In this document: one piece after another, positions 49,824-60,059 of the stretch
Position numbering within the stretch: the stretch's first letter is position 1
How the letters are laid out: each line of letters opens with the position of its first letter
Assembly (NCBI GenBank): GCA_036339735.1
Contig: JAYZAL010000005.1
Coordinates: 32,001-96,000, forward strand
From: Candidatus Poribacteria bacterium
GTDB taxonomy: Bacteria; Poribacteria; WGA-4E; UBA9662
DNA: 64,000 nt
Reading direction: 5' to 3'
Made by a program: the position numbers and the translations under genes
Notes under the pieces: generated by a model
The model's database searches: none
What the model was told of the DNA's origin: nothing
The model's input: only the letters and a program-made list of their open reading frames with translations

Positions 49824-51431
49824 TTGTCTATTAAGAATCTAACTGAACGCTTGTGGGCTAAGGACCCTAGTCTTTGGTCAGCTACTGTTCAGCCCAAAAT
49901 ACAAAACCGATTAGGTTGGCTGACTGCTCCTTGGCAGTTTCTGTCGCGTTCGGCCGAAATTACCAATTGGGCGAACCAAGTTATAGAAGATGATTTTCGT
50001 TTTGTAGTCTTACTGGGAATGGGAGGCAGTAGTCTGGCCCCAGATGTTTTTGCACAGACCTTTGGGTCAAGCAAAGGGCTGCCTCTGGTAGTACTCGATA
50101 CAACCGATCCTTCAAGTATATTATCTCTAGAAGAAAAAATTGATTTAAAAAAGACCTTGTTTCTGGTCTCTACAAAGTCTGGATCAACTATTGAAACCTT
50201 ATCTCTATTTCGCTACTTTTATCAACAAACCCAAAATAATGGTTCTCAGTTTGTAGCAATCACGGACCCTGGTTCTGCGCTTGTTGAAATAGCCAATCAG
50301 AATCAGTTTCGTGATTGTTTTCTTAATCCTGTGGATATTGGTGGTCGCTACTCAGTACTATCGTACTTTGGTCTAATCCCAGCAGCTTTGATTGGTATTG
50401 ATATAGCAAGGTTACTAAATACTACAATCGACACAGACTGGCAATCTGCAGTCCAGTTTGGCCAAGAGATTGCCGAGCACGCGCTATCGGGTCAAGATAA
50501 AATGACACTGATTACTTCACCCAGAGTGAAGCAAATTGGCTGCTGGATTGAACAGCTAATTGCTGAAAGTACTGGTAAATCTGGTCAAGGTATTGTCCCC
50601 ATTGATATGGAGCCACTTCACTTACCTAAAAAGGCTTTAGACTCAGATAGATTTTTTGTCTACACTAAAATTGACGTTGATGATAGCTTACAATCTCATG
50701 TTTCACGATTAAAAAAGGATGGTTTTACCGTTTATCAACATGAGATATCTGACTTGTATGATCTAGGACGAACTTTCCTTTTTTGGCAGATTGCTACAGC
50801 TGTAGCTGGAGCCAAGATTGGTATAGACCCATTCGATGAGCCTAACGTAACAGAAAGTAAAAACCAGACAATTAAGTTACTGAAAAACTTCCCAAAGGAA
50901 AATCGATTATCAGAAGAAATAAGCCTTTTTCGAAATGATGAAATGGAAGTATTTAGTACTAAATTGAGCCCTCAAAGCTCAATTAATGATTGTTTATCGG
51001 CGTTCTTAAACTCTATTCATAACAACAGTTACGTAGGTTTAATGGCCTATTCTAGTTCTCTGTTTCTTAACGAAGATAGTGATAGTAATAATATAGAATC
51101 GTTTTTTGAACAAATTCGCCAGGCTATTAGCGAATCATATGGGGTTGCAACAACATTGGGTTATGGTCCTCGATATTTACATTCCACAGGTCAATTGCAT
51201 AAAGGTGGTGCTAATAACGGCCACTTTATCCAAATAACGGTTGGTAAACCGGAGTTTAACGTAGAAATACCAACTACCAATTATGATTTTTGGACACTCA
51301 AAATGGCACAAGCTTACGGTGATTTATCAGCCCTACAAGAAAAAGATCGACCAGTAATGCGTATTCACATACATCACAAATATCTGGAAATAGGGATTCA
51401 GAAATTAGCTGAGGAGTTTGAACTACTATGA
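49824..51431 (+). CDS. pgi: Glucose-6-phosphate isomerase (type resembling the Pgi half of Tal-Pgi fusions)
   Basis: LGMGGSSL, STKSGSTIE, GGRYS, EQLIAESTGK, PFDEP.V.ESK, GPRYLHSTGQLHKGG. Confidence 0.88.
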   Translation: MSIKNLTERLWAKDPSLWSATVQPKIQNRLGWLTAPWQFLSRSAEITNWANQVIEDDFRFVVLLGMGGSSLAPDVFAQTFGSSKGLPLVVLDTTDPSSILSLEEKIDLKKTLFLVSTKSGSTIETLSLFRYFYQQTQNNGSQFVAITDPGSALVEIANQNQFRDCFLNPVDIGGRYSVLSYFGLIPAALIGIDIARLLNTTIDTDWQSAVQFGQEIAEHALSGQDKMTLITSPRVKQIGCWIEQLIAESTGKSGQGIVPIDMEPLHLPKKALDSDRFFVYTKIDVDDSLQSHVSRLKKDGFTVYQHEISDLYDLGRTFLFWQIATAVAGAKIGIDPFDEPNVTESKNQTIKLLKNFPKENRLSEEISLFRNDEMEVFSTKLSPQSSINDCLSAFLNSIHNNSYVGLMAYSSSLFLNEDSDSNNIESFFEQIRQAISESYGVATTLGYGPRYLHSTGQLHKGGANNGHFIQITVGKPEFNVEIPTTNYDFWTLKMAQAYGDLSALQEKDRPVMRIHIHHKYLEIGIQKLAEEFELL

Positions 51432-52216
51432 AAAAAGGCATTTGCTATGGTACGTTAGCGGGCGATACAATTGAACAGCGATTTGAACTGGCCAAAGCAG
51501 CGGGTTTCGAAGGCGTTGAAATCAACACACAAGAAAATAGTCCAGATCGGAAAAAATTTAAATCTGTAGCTGAAGAAAATGGAATTGATTTATTCAGTGT
51601 AATGAACAGCAAACACTGGGGATTACCACTTTCAGACCCAGATCCAAAGATTCGTTCCGGCTCAGTAGAAGGTGTAATTGAATCTATTGAAACCGCTGTG
51701 GAAATCGGAGCTTCAACAGTCTTATTAGTTCCAGCTGTAGTTAATGGCAATGTTACCTATGAACAAGCGTACCAACGCTCGCAGGAAGAAATTAATAGGC
51801 TAATCCCACTGGCTGAAGAAAAAAAAGTTAAAATTTCAATTGAAAATGTTTGGAATAAATTCTTACTTAGCCCAATTGAATTCGTCAAGTACATAGATGA
51901 ATTTAATAGCGATATGATTGCAGCCTATTTCGATGTTGGTAACATCTTACTGTATGGTTTTCCCCAACATTGGATTTATACTATAGGAAACCGTATGGAC
52001 AAGGTCCATATTAAAGGGTTTAACAGCAATGGATTCAAGTGGACAGGATTGATTGATGATTGCTCTATCGATTGGAATGCAGTAATGACTGCGTTAATCG
52101 ACATTGGCTATGATGATTATATTACTGCTGAACTTGGTGTTGACGCTAATGATCCTATTGGTGGTGTTCACAAAATCAGTCAAGATATGGACCGGATCTT
52201 AGCTGGTCAAGTTTAA
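51428..52216 (+). CDS. Sugar phosphate isomerase/epimerase (xylose isomerase-like TIM barrel)
   Basis: AGFEGVE, ENVWN.FL.SP, YFDVGN, VHIK, YITAE. Confidence 0.85.
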   Translation: MKKGICYGTLAGDTIEQRFELAKAAGFEGVEINTQENSPDRKKFKSVAEENGIDLFSVMNSKHWGLPLSDPDPKIRSGSVEGVIESIETAVEIGASTVLLVPAVVNGNVTYEQAYQRSQEEINRLIPLAEEKKVKISIENVWNKFLLSPIEFVKYIDEFNSDMIAAYFDVGNILLYGFPQHWIYTIGNRMDKVHIKGFNSNGFKWTGLIDDCSIDWNAVMTALIDIGYDDYITAELGVDANDPIGGVHKISQDMDRILAGQV

Positions 52217-52260
52217 GTCTGACGTCGATTGTACAAACAAAATTAACTTTTAGAATCCAC

Positions 52261-53058
52261 GTGGAAATCATCGTTCTTGAAACCTACAATGAAATCAGCC
52301 AAGCGGCAGCTGAAATTGTTGTGCAAAGCGTGCAACAAGCAGAAAAAATCGTTCTTGGCTTGGCAACGGGAAGTACACCAGTCGGACTCTATCAAGAGTT
52401 AGTCGCCAGATATAAAAAAAACGAAGTCGACTTTTCTAATACAGTAACTTTCAATCTGGATGAATATGTTGGTTTAGACCCAAAACATCCTGAAAGTTAT
52501 AACTCTTTCATGGAACAACATTTTTTTGGTGAAATTAATGTCCCAGCTAAACAGCAATATATTCCACCTAGTAATATTTCCAATCTAAAGGAAATTGATC
52601 ATTTTTGTCGTTGGTATGAAGAAGAAATCCAAAGGCATGGAGGAATTGATCTACAAATCCTAGGAATTGGTGTTGATGGACACATTGGTTTCAATGAATC
52701 TAGCTCTTCTCTTCGATCGCGTACAAGGCTAACAACGCTAGCCCGATCAACAATAGAAGCAAATTCCAAATTTTTTGATGGATACGTTGACTCAGTACCG
52801 AAAATGTCGATTACTATGGGTGTTGGAACCATCATGGAAGCCAATCGATGTATACTTTTGGCAAATGGAGAGAATAAAGCTGAAGCCGTAGCTAATGCAA
52901 TTGAGGGACCCGTAACAGCCTCAGTTCCGGCTTCAGCGCTCCAAATGCATCCGAATACTACTATAATAATCGATGCTTCAGCAGCGAAAAAACTCAAGCA
53001 TCTTGAATACTATAAGTGGGTCTACCAAAACAAACGAGAACTAGAAACACAAATTTGA
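52261..53058 (+). CDS. nagB: Glucosamine-6-phosphate deaminase
   Basis: LGLATGSTP, TFNLDEY, LGIG.DGHIGFNE, ITMGVGTI, PASALQ.H. Confidence 0.95.
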   Translation: MEIIVLETYNEISQAAAEIVVQSVQQAEKIVLGLATGSTPVGLYQELVARYKKNEVDFSNTVTFNLDEYVGLDPKHPESYNSFMEQHFFGEINVPAKQQYIPPSNISNLKEIDHFCRWYEEEIQRHGGIDLQILGIGVDGHIGFNESSSSLRSRTRLTTLARSTIEANSKFFDGYVDSVPKMSITMGVGTIMEANRCILLANGENKAEAVANAIEGPVTASVPASALQMHPNTTIIIDASAAKKLKHLEYYKWVYQNKRELETQI

Positions 53059-54089
53059 TGAACGAAGAAAGATTACAAGAAATCCTCAGTTGTTTCCCTG
53101 AAAAGCGGGTGCTAGTAGTAGGAGATTTTTATTTGGATGCCTACTGGTTAATAGACCAAAAAAAATCCACGTTGTCGCTGGAAACCCCTTGGTACACATC
53201 TCCAGTAGTGGAACAAGACTATAGTCCTGGTGCAGCGGGAACGGTCACTAATAATCTTAAGTCTCTTGGTGTTGGAGAAGTGTATGCTATTGGTATCATA
53301 GGACAAGATAATTTTGGCACTACGCTCCTTGAATCGCTAGAATCAAATGGATGTTCTACAGATTTTATGATTCAGACGGATGAACGGGTGACACCTACTT
53401 ATCTGAAGCCTATTTATTGTGGTCAAGACGGCGTTCGCACAGAGGGATCTCGATTTGATATTGAAAACCACACGGAAACACCAGATCTACTTCAAAATTT
53501 ATTAATAACTAATTTGCGTCAATGCCTACAAATAGTCGATGCTGTTATTATTGTTGACCAAACAGCGAAAGATAACGTGGGTGGGATAACTGATTTTGTC
53601 AGGGAACATCTATGTTATTTATCCATCCAGATGCCAGATAAATTTTTTCTAGCTGATTCACGGACCCGAATTGGTAAATATCGAAATGTAATGATTAAGC
53701 CAAACCAATTTGAAGCTAAACATGCCATTGATCCCAAATGGTTCGGAGAATCAGTTTCATTAGACGAAAGTAAAAAAGCCGGCCAAAAATTGCACGAACA
53801 AACTTCTGCACCAGTTATCGTCACTTGTGGTCAGGAGGGAATTTTGACTTTCAATGAATCTAATATAAAGCATGTGCCAGGTATTCCACTTCAATGTCAG
53901 ACGGATACCGTTGGTGCTGGTGACAGTGTTAGCGCTGGGTTAATATCAACGCTAGCGAGTGGTGGTAATCTGGCAGAAGCAGCGTTGATTGGGAATTTGG
54001 TGGCTTCTGTTACGGTAACCAAAATTGGTACTACGGGTACAGCTTCACCTGCAGAATTAGTTGAAAGATTAAGTTCACTTTCCTCTTAA
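53058..54089 (+). CDS. PfkB family kinase (HldE/RfaE kinase-domain-like)
   Basis: VVGD..LD.Y, PGAAG.V..NL, KPN..EA, DTVGAGD; start at TGATG overlap with nagB stop. Confidence 0.85.
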   Translation: MNEERLQEILSCFPEKRVLVVGDFYLDAYWLIDQKKSTLSLETPWYTSPVVEQDYSPGAAGTVTNNLKSLGVGEVYAIGIIGQDNFGTTLLESLESNGCSTDFMIQTDERVTPTYLKPIYCGQDGVRTEGSRFDIENHTETPDLLQNLLITNLRQCLQIVDAVIIVDQTAKDNVGGITDFVREHLCYLSIQMPDKFFLADSRTRIGKYRNVMIKPNQFEAKHAIDPKWFGESVSLDESKKAGQKLHEQTSAPVIVTCGQEGILTFNESNIKHVPGIPLQCQTDTVGAGDSVSAGLISTLASGGNLAEAALIGNLVASVTVTKIGTTGTASPAELVERLSSLSS

Positions 54090-54104
54090 TAGCAACGGTA
54101 CCTA

Positions 54105-54908
54105 ATGGAATTGTTGGAGTCAATCATAAACAGAAGAACACATAGGGAGTCATTTTCAGATGAAAATATCTCCACGGTGCACTTGAACCACTTGATAGAG
54201 GCCGCCCGCTGGGCACCATCTCCCTTTAATGTCCAACCATGGCACTTAGTAGTAATTACAACCAATCAACAAAAGAGAGCAATCGGAAAACTCACGGCTG
54301 ATGCAATTATTGAACAATTTGGTGACCCTGAATTTTTAGACGACAATAGCCGTTGGATGCGTTCTTCCATCGAAGAGTGGGTGCGTTGTGAAGATGGCGT
54401 ACTTTTGCAGGATCAAGTAAATTTACCTGCAGGATTATCAAAACCGTCTATTTTGAAGCCAGTTGTCAAGCATGCGTCTTACTTTAGTAAGTTAGGAAAA
54501 GTCGGCGGAGGAAAGCCCGCAGAAGAAACAGAAAATTTAATAAATTGCGCGCCAATGCTATTAGCAATTAGTATGGATCGAAATCGAAAACCACCGGGGG
54601 CGGGGCATCTTCGTTGGATGTGGCTAGGGATGGGAGCAATGATCCAAAATATGTTACTAGCTGCAACTGAGCTAAAAATTGGTTCTCAGTTTATCAGCGC
54701 AGCAATCGAAAGAACCTCCGATCGTGAGAAATTATCTGAGATTCTTGATTTGCCGAGTTCGCATGAAGTGATTAGTCTACTTCGTATTGGGTACTTGGAA
54801 AAACAAAACGCAAACGAGACCACAACTCATTCTTTTAGATCAGTAAGACGAAAAACAACTGACTTCGTCAGTTATGAGACGTACTCACAAAAAAGGCAGA
54901 TGAGATAA
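54105..54908 (+). CDS. Nitroreductase family protein
   Basis: RRT.R, EAARWAPS..N.QPW, G..IQN.LLAA...G, L.IGY. Confidence 0.88.
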   Translation: MELLESIINRRTHRESFSDENISTVHLNHLIEAARWAPSPFNVQPWHLVVITTNQQKRAIGKLTADAIIEQFGDPEFLDDNSRWMRSSIEEWVRCEDGVLLQDQVNLPAGLSKPSILKPVVKHASYFSKLGKVGGGKPAEETENLINCAPMLLAISMDRNRKPPGAGHLRWMWLGMGAMIQNMLLAATELKIGSQFISAAIERTSDREKLSEILDLPSSHEVISLLRIGYLEKQNANETTTHSFRSVRRKTTDFVSYETYSQKRQMR

Positions 54909-54929
54909 AATTATCTGCACCTGCCTAAA

Positions 54930-55013
54930 TGCCGGAGGTCGGACTCGAACCGACACGGGCCGAAGCCCACTGGATTTTGAGTCCAGCGCGTCTACCAATT
55001 TCACCACTCCGGC
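54930..55013 (-). tRNA. tRNA-Leu (anticodon CAA), CCA not encoded
   Basis: GCCGGAG/CTCCGGC acceptor stem, anticodon arm CTGGA-CTCAAAA-TCCAG, long variable arm GGGC-TTCG-GCCC, GTTCGAG T-loop, discriminator A. Confidence 0.98.
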
Positions 55014-55052
55014 GGTGTAACCCAGAAGCACATTTCTAGCAAACGCGAGCAA

Positions 55053-55082
55053 ATTCTAGCATATACTAGTCAGTATCGACAA
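55053..55082 (-). promoter_or_regulatory. Putative tRNA promoter
   Basis: TTGTCG-N18-TAGAAT with extended -10 TG. Confidence 0.5.
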
Positions 55083-55090
55083 GAGAAACC

Positions 55091-55870
55091 GTGAAAGTCC
55101 CCACTAACGAACCTAAACAGTGGTTTCGCAACTCCAATATTCTACGAACTTTTTTTTCTCAGTCAATTTTTCAAAAAAGAACTTGGTCATTAATCGTAAA
55201 CTGGTTGAGTTGGCAAGTGTTACCTAGTCGGCGTCGGATTTCAAAACTGATTGATCAGTTAATTCCCTTACGTGGTGATGTATCCACTAATCGGAAATTT
55301 TTACGAGATCGTGTATTCGCTCTGACTTGTCTCAAGCTAAAAAAGTTAGACCGGCAACACCTTGTAGAATTACTTAATCATGCATGTGAACCAACAGGCT
55401 TGGAACAAGCTTTTCTTAGTGCTATTTTCCCTCAAATCATTGGGCGAGGATTTTCGAGTATTCCTCTTCGAACCCCGAATCAATCCCAACTTCACGTTGA
55501 AATTGGTTATTTAGCACATAATGAAGATTATTTTTTTTGGGTCCTTGAGATAGACGGAGAACGGAAAGACAATCCTGACCGTCCTACAATAGTCCCAATT
55601 CTGGAAACTCGAGGGCCAAAAAAATTCGTCAAATACCCTCTTGGTGTAGCAGCTCTAGTTAATCATTTGGATTTACGAGTCGATTCTGTGCCCATCGAAA
55701 GCACAGATACTTTGGGTTGGATAATGAACTCACAAATCCATTTCAACCGAGTTTTAAGGGATTTAAAAAAACGAAACTACGCAGTTACAACAACGGAAGA
55801 ACAGATTCTTGAATTGGGTCGGTTGAAACTATTACGCCGCCTCGGTCTACAGGAGCTAAAAAAACATTGA
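55091..55870 (+). CDS. Hypothetical protein
   Basis: 259-aa ORF filling the gap; no recognised motif; 3' end overlaps the M24 gene. Confidence 0.6.
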   Translation: MKVPTNEPKQWFRNSNILRTFFSQSIFQKRTWSLIVNWLSWQVLPSRRRISKLIDQLIPLRGDVSTNRKFLRDRVFALTCLKLKKLDRQHLVELLNHACEPTGLEQAFLSAIFPQIIGRGFSSIPLRTPNQSQLHVEIGYLAHNEDYFFWVLEIDGERKDNPDRPTIVPILETRGPKKFVKYPLGVAALVNHLDLRVDSVPIESTDTLGWIMNSQIHFNRVLRDLKKRNYAVTTTEEQILELGRLKLLRRLGLQELKKH

Positions 55871-56963
55871 TTTCAGTTCGAACACCAAAGTCTCCACTTA
55901 AGTAAATTCCTGGTTCAATTGAAAAACAACAACCTTCTATCAATTGCCGTTCATCTTTACTTTCGAAATTATCCATGTTAACTCCGTTTCCATGAACCTC
56001 GACCCCAATGCTATGACCTGTTCTATGAGGGAAGTAGTCGCCATAACCAGCATTGATAATGTAGTTTCGAACAACATCATCAACTTCAAATCCACAAACT
56101 GATTTTCCTGATAATATACGTAGTCGAATTAATTCGACGGCTTTATCTCTAGCTTGACACACTATACCGAAAATGTGGTTGTATTTACCAGGTACCTGAG
56201 TTCCAACGTAGCCTACCCAGGTTGTATCAGCAAAAATAGCAGATTGTTCGTTTTTTTTAGCCCATAAATCTATCAAAACTAAGTCGCCTTCATTGATTGA
56301 ATTATGATTACTAATGGTAGGTGAATAGTGTGGGTCCGCAGTGTTGGCATTGACTGCAACTATAGGAGGAAAGTCAGTAACCAAACCATAAGTTTCAAAG
56401 TCGGCCATGATACGCTGTTGTACAGTATATTCCGTTATTACATTTCCATTCTTTATGTTCTTTCCAATCCAGTCGAATGCATCAGTTTTGATAGATAAAA
56501 TTTGTTGTGCTGTTTGGTGATGGCCATCAAGCTGTTCCGTTGACAATTTTCCTTCGATGTGTTGTACCAAGTCTGCAGAACTAACGACTTCAGTACCAGA
56601 CGATTTTACTAATTCCAAAGTACCAGCATCAACCCGAGATACATAAGGTATGTTCGGTGAGTATTCCATCGCAACAGACGGTTGATCCACTAATAATTGA
56701 GTTAACTTTACCGTTAATTCCTGCCAACTTCGATAAACCCAAACTTCGCCGACCACACCTCGAAATTGAGATTGTTCAATATGTTGAATTAACCAGATAG
56801 GTGAGCGATCAACAAAAATACAACAAAACCACCGCCTGGTAATTTTCTGTTTTGCTAAACCTGCTACTCGTTGCGATATTGGATTTGAACCGCGGAAGTC
56901 GTATAGCAGCCAAGACGAGAGATTCAATTTTCGAAGATGTTTTTGTATGTTGGGAATATCCAA
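55785..56963 (-). CDS. M24 family (Xaa-Pro) aminopeptidase
   Basis: DPHY, LIDLW, FAD.T, HRTGH.IG..VHG, FSIEPGIY, GVR.E. Confidence 0.92.
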   Translation of the reverse strand: MDIPNIQKHLRKLNLSSWLLYDFRGSNPISQRVAGLAKQKITRRWFCCIFVDRSPIWLIQHIEQSQFRGVVGEVWVYRSWQELTVKLTQLLVDQPSVAMEYSPNIPYVSRVDAGTLELVKSSGTEVVSSADLVQHIEGKLSTEQLDGHHQTAQQILSIKTDAFDWIGKNIKNGNVITEYTVQQRIMADFETYGLVTDFPPIVAVNANTADPHYSPTISNHNSINEGDLVLIDLWAKKNEQSAIFADTTWVGYVGTQVPGKYNHIFGIVCQARDKAVELIRLRILSGKSVCGFEVDDVVRNYIINAGYGDYFPHRTGHSIGVEVHGNGVNMDNFESKDERQLIEGCCFSIEPGIYLSGDFGVRTEINVFLAPVDRGGVIVSTDPIQESVLPLL

Positions 56964-57333
56964 TATGATTTTTCAACCAATTACAATTTCATAACTAAAT
57001 AATGATAAAAACATTACTTGATTACCTGACGTGTTTTCCATTTTTTCCCCTTCAGTTTAAGGATTCTAGATCAATGAAAAACCGTATTCTAATAAACGAA
57101 AGCCATAAATCCTCACGGTTAATTGCGTCTACTAACTAACCACTTTCGCGATCACTATGTTTCCTCAAAATAACTAATCCTATCAGACATAATGACTAGT
57201 ATCCTTCCAAACACTAGAAAAACGATAGAAATTATATAAGAACTAAACCGGATTTAGATAACCAACGTATTTGAGTCATTTCCATTTTAAATAGTAAATA
57301 CAAAAAAGATCATATATCAATGTACATAAAAGC

Positions 57334-57699
57334 TTAACTCTGTTGTGGTTGAGGTTCACTATCATCTGAAGATGGACTGTCTTCGGAATCGCTATTCTCA
57401 ACAGAAGGTGGAGAATTATTGGCAGAATTGACAAAGGACATTCTCAAATTGTAGAGAGTATTTTCCATGAAATTCTTCTCAGGCATTGTCAGATTCCCTT
57501 CAGTTTTTTCCTTTAGTAATTCAATTGTATCGATCATTCGCTTAGCAATGCTCAAATCAACAAACACTTTTTTAGTTTCAGGGTCCTGCATTCCACCTAG
57601 ATAAGCCATTGCCGTCCCTGCATATTCTGAGACTAGACCTTCAAATGTAACGTTAGTCCCAACCGAGTTTTCTATTATATGTTCATTTTCTTTGCTCAT
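57334..57699 (-). CDS. DUF1844 domain protein
   Basis: AM..LG...DP, DL..AK..ID...L.EKT.GNL...E...L..LRM.FV. Confidence 0.85.
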   Translation of the reverse strand: MSKENEHIIENSVGTNVTFEGLVSEYAGTAMAYLGGMQDPETKKVFVDLSIAKRMIDTIELLKEKTEGNLTMPEKNFMENTLYNLRMSFVNSANNSPPSVENSDSEDSPSSDDSEPQPQQS

Positions 57700-57744
57700 T
57701 AGTTATCTCCTTTATTCGAATTAAGAGCAGAAAAATATAAACGA

Positions 57745-58110
57745 CTAATCAAAAGTGATAACTTGGGCTAAAAGATAACCAGCTTGATTGTTATGAGCTG
57801 GATTTTCGTTCATAGCCAGAAAAATTACGCCGCTTTCAGGAGCAGGGTTGTCATAACGAGATCCCACGGCGATCACTTCGTCTCCAATTTTGGCTATTAG
57901 CATTCCCACATTACTACCAGGAAGGGGAAAGTTATCATTACCTGTTAGGCCTGGAATACCATCCGCACCACACCAAACTGTCCGATTTTTTCCATCAGGG
58001 GACCAGGCACCTTCTGCTTCAATTACTAATCGTTGTCCTTTCTGTATACGGACATAACTCTCTTGCCAAAATGAACTAGGACGCGCCATTTTAGTAATCG
58101 TAAAAGGCAT
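57745..58110 (-). CDS. LecA/PA-IL-like lectin-fold protein
   Basis: 121 aa; G..L.I.A.G.WS, G.DG, G.LIAKIG and G.I.LA.NE...NN..G align by eye with P. aeruginosa LecA. Confidence 0.6.
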   Translation of the reverse strand: MPFTITKMARPSSFWQESYVRIQKGQRLVIEAEGAWSPDGKNRTVWCGADGIPGLTGNDNFPLPGSNVGMLIAKIGDEVIAVGSRYDNPAPESGVIFLAMNENPAHNNQAGYLLAQVITFD

Positions 58111-59967
58111 TTAAAACTCCTCTAACCAATTAATAATTTGTGTTTCTAACGAAATTGAACCAATATCAGTGGCAAATGTAAAACAATCGTTTTTGTCAGC
58201 TACTTGGTAAAGATCAGCGATCCACTGGACTGGAAAGTGTTGCCCAGTATTTAAAAGATAGATTGGTCTTGGCACTAAAAGCGCCCCTGCTGTTCGAAAG
58301 TCCCCTACTCGTCTGATGCTGGGAATTGGTAATTGAGCAACAAAATCTTCATCATCTTCAGCATTAAACTTTTCTAAATCAACAGCTAAATAATCTGCTG
58401 ACGAGAAACCTGCGGCTAAAAGGGTGACAGGACCAGCTCCGTCCATACCAATTAAATTTAGCGATTTCAGATTACCATTTTCTTTTCGTATTGTCTCAAC
58501 AGCAGCCAAAATGTCTTGACACCATAATGCCGAATCTAATCGATTGTATGTATTAAAGAATCCACTAGACGTGTCTCGTCTTGTGGGGTTTAATTGTAAT
58601 CCGAAAATAGCATGCCTATCCGAACTAAGTTGATCAGCCAAAACACCAATTCGATTGTTTTGATGTACTATTAAAGTAGCCTGTTCTGTAATTGCTGGTT
58701 GGTTGAGTTTTCGGACCAAATTTACCGAATCCTTATATTGATCCGATAATGCCAAAGCATGGAGTAATCCTTGCCCCATTTCAGATTGAAAAGCTGTTAG
58801 TTCATTTATCGTATTTGGTTTTCTTGTTTCAATTGCAGCTTTTCCCAATTGTTTTAGAGATGCCAATAATTCTTCAGTACTCAAAGCATGATATGGAATG
58901 GATCGGTCATGGAATACTAAAAGATCTTCGTCAGATTCAACCGTAAAATCAACCTCAGTTAACTCCGATGAATCTTGAATTTCCAAAAGCCACTTAGCAA
59001 ACCACTGATATACAGCTTCTCTACTGGCTTTATTATAATTGTGTTCGGCATCGATCTGAACTTGATGTATTTTATCGGTAGCCCCGAAGTGCTGATATAT
59101 TGAACGAATAGCAGGATATTCAACATCAGGCGTATCCTTGGTCCAATCACCAGTAGCTGAGACTAGTAAAAGCGGTCGTGGAGCCATCATCGCACCTATT
59201 TCTATATTACTAAAGTCAAGCCGCAAGTTAGGAGCATTTTCACATAAGCAACCACCCTGCATATGTGCCGAAATCATGTTAACTGGTGCTGATACCTTTA
59301 TTCTATCATCGATAGCCATTAGCATGAAAGTCTGTGTGCCACCACCTGAAGCACCTGTACATGCAATACGATCAGGATCAACATCAGGCAAGGTCTGTAA
59401 AAAATCAATGGACCGAATTGCATTCTGCAATTGTAAGCCCAGTAGACTAATACCCCAAATAGCCTCACTCTCACCATTAGGAAAAGATCGGTGATCAACC
59501 TGCTGACCACTGTCATTATATCCCACCATATCATAACTAAAGATAATGTATCCTTGCTTAGCAAAATTGATACACCGGCCAGGAATAGATCCACGTTCAA
59601 TGTTCTCTAACCGACCCCGAGCCCAATGACCATGAGGGCTAACAATAGCAGGAAAAGGTCCATCTTTACCCCTAGGACGATATAAATTCCCAGTACAAAA
59701 AAAACCAGGATAAGATTCAAAATATACTTTTTCGACTGTATAATCGTCCCGTTCAATTTTTCCAAATATTTGCGGATTTAGGGAAGATTTTAATAATGGA
59801 TCAAAACTAGGGTACTGACCAGTACTAACTAAGATGTGTTGTTGAAGGTATTGACTCGTCTGTTCCCAAGTCGCAGCACTATAATCAGGAAAGGGACGAA
59901 CCGTATCGAGATTCTGAACAGGTGGGGCAAAACGCAAACCCTCAAGATCATTATTTTCGACCGACAT
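58111..59967 (-). CDS. Acetylxylan esterase-like alpha/beta hydrolase
   Basis: PHGHW, TGASGGGTQ nucleophile elbow, GGCLCEN, HNYN; start reassigned to ATG 59967 (AAGGA RBS). Confidence 0.85.
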   Translation of the reverse strand: MSVENNDLEGLRFAPPVQNLDTVRPFPDYSAATWEQTSQYLQQHILVSTGQYPSFDPLLKSSLNPQIFGKIERDDYTVEKVYFESYPGFFCTGNLYRPRGKDGPFPAIVSPHGHWARGRLENIERGSIPGRCINFAKQGYIIFSYDMVGYNDSGQQVDHRSFPNGESEAIWGISLLGLQLQNAIRSIDFLQTLPDVDPDRIACTGASGGGTQTFMLMAIDDRIKVSAPVNMISAHMQGGCLCENAPNLRLDFSNIEIGAMMAPRPLLLVSATGDWTKDTPDVEYPAIRSIYQHFGATDKIHQVQIDAEHNYNKASREAVYQWFAKWLLEIQDSSELTEVDFTVESDEDLLVFHDRSIPYHALSTEELLASLKQLGKAAIETRKPNTINELTAFQSEMGQGLLHALALSDQYKDSVNLVRKLNQPAITEQATLIVHQNNRIGVLADQLSSDRHAIFGLQLNPTRRDTSSGFFNTYNRLDSALWCQDILAAVETIRKENGNLKSLNLIGMDGAGPVTLLAAGFSSADYLAVDLEKFNAEDDEDFVAQLPIPSIRRVGDFRTAGALLVPRPIYLLNTGQHFPVQWIADLYQVADKNDCFTFATDIGSISLETQIINWLEEF

Positions 59968-60059
59968 AGTTGTATTCCTTAATTTTTTGCTAGGAAGTAG
60001 TGTGAATGCACTAAAACACAGCATAACATATGCATAAAATAGATGGCAAGAATCGTACT

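Noticed and set aside
54930-57333. Genomic island integrated at tRNA-Leu
   Set aside because: No integrase, no duplicated tRNA 3' end seen, no obvious compositional shift.
56964-57333. 370-bp AT-rich gap with a 45-aa ORF at 57002-57139
   Set aside because: No RBS, convincing structure or repeat found; likely promoter/spacer DNA.
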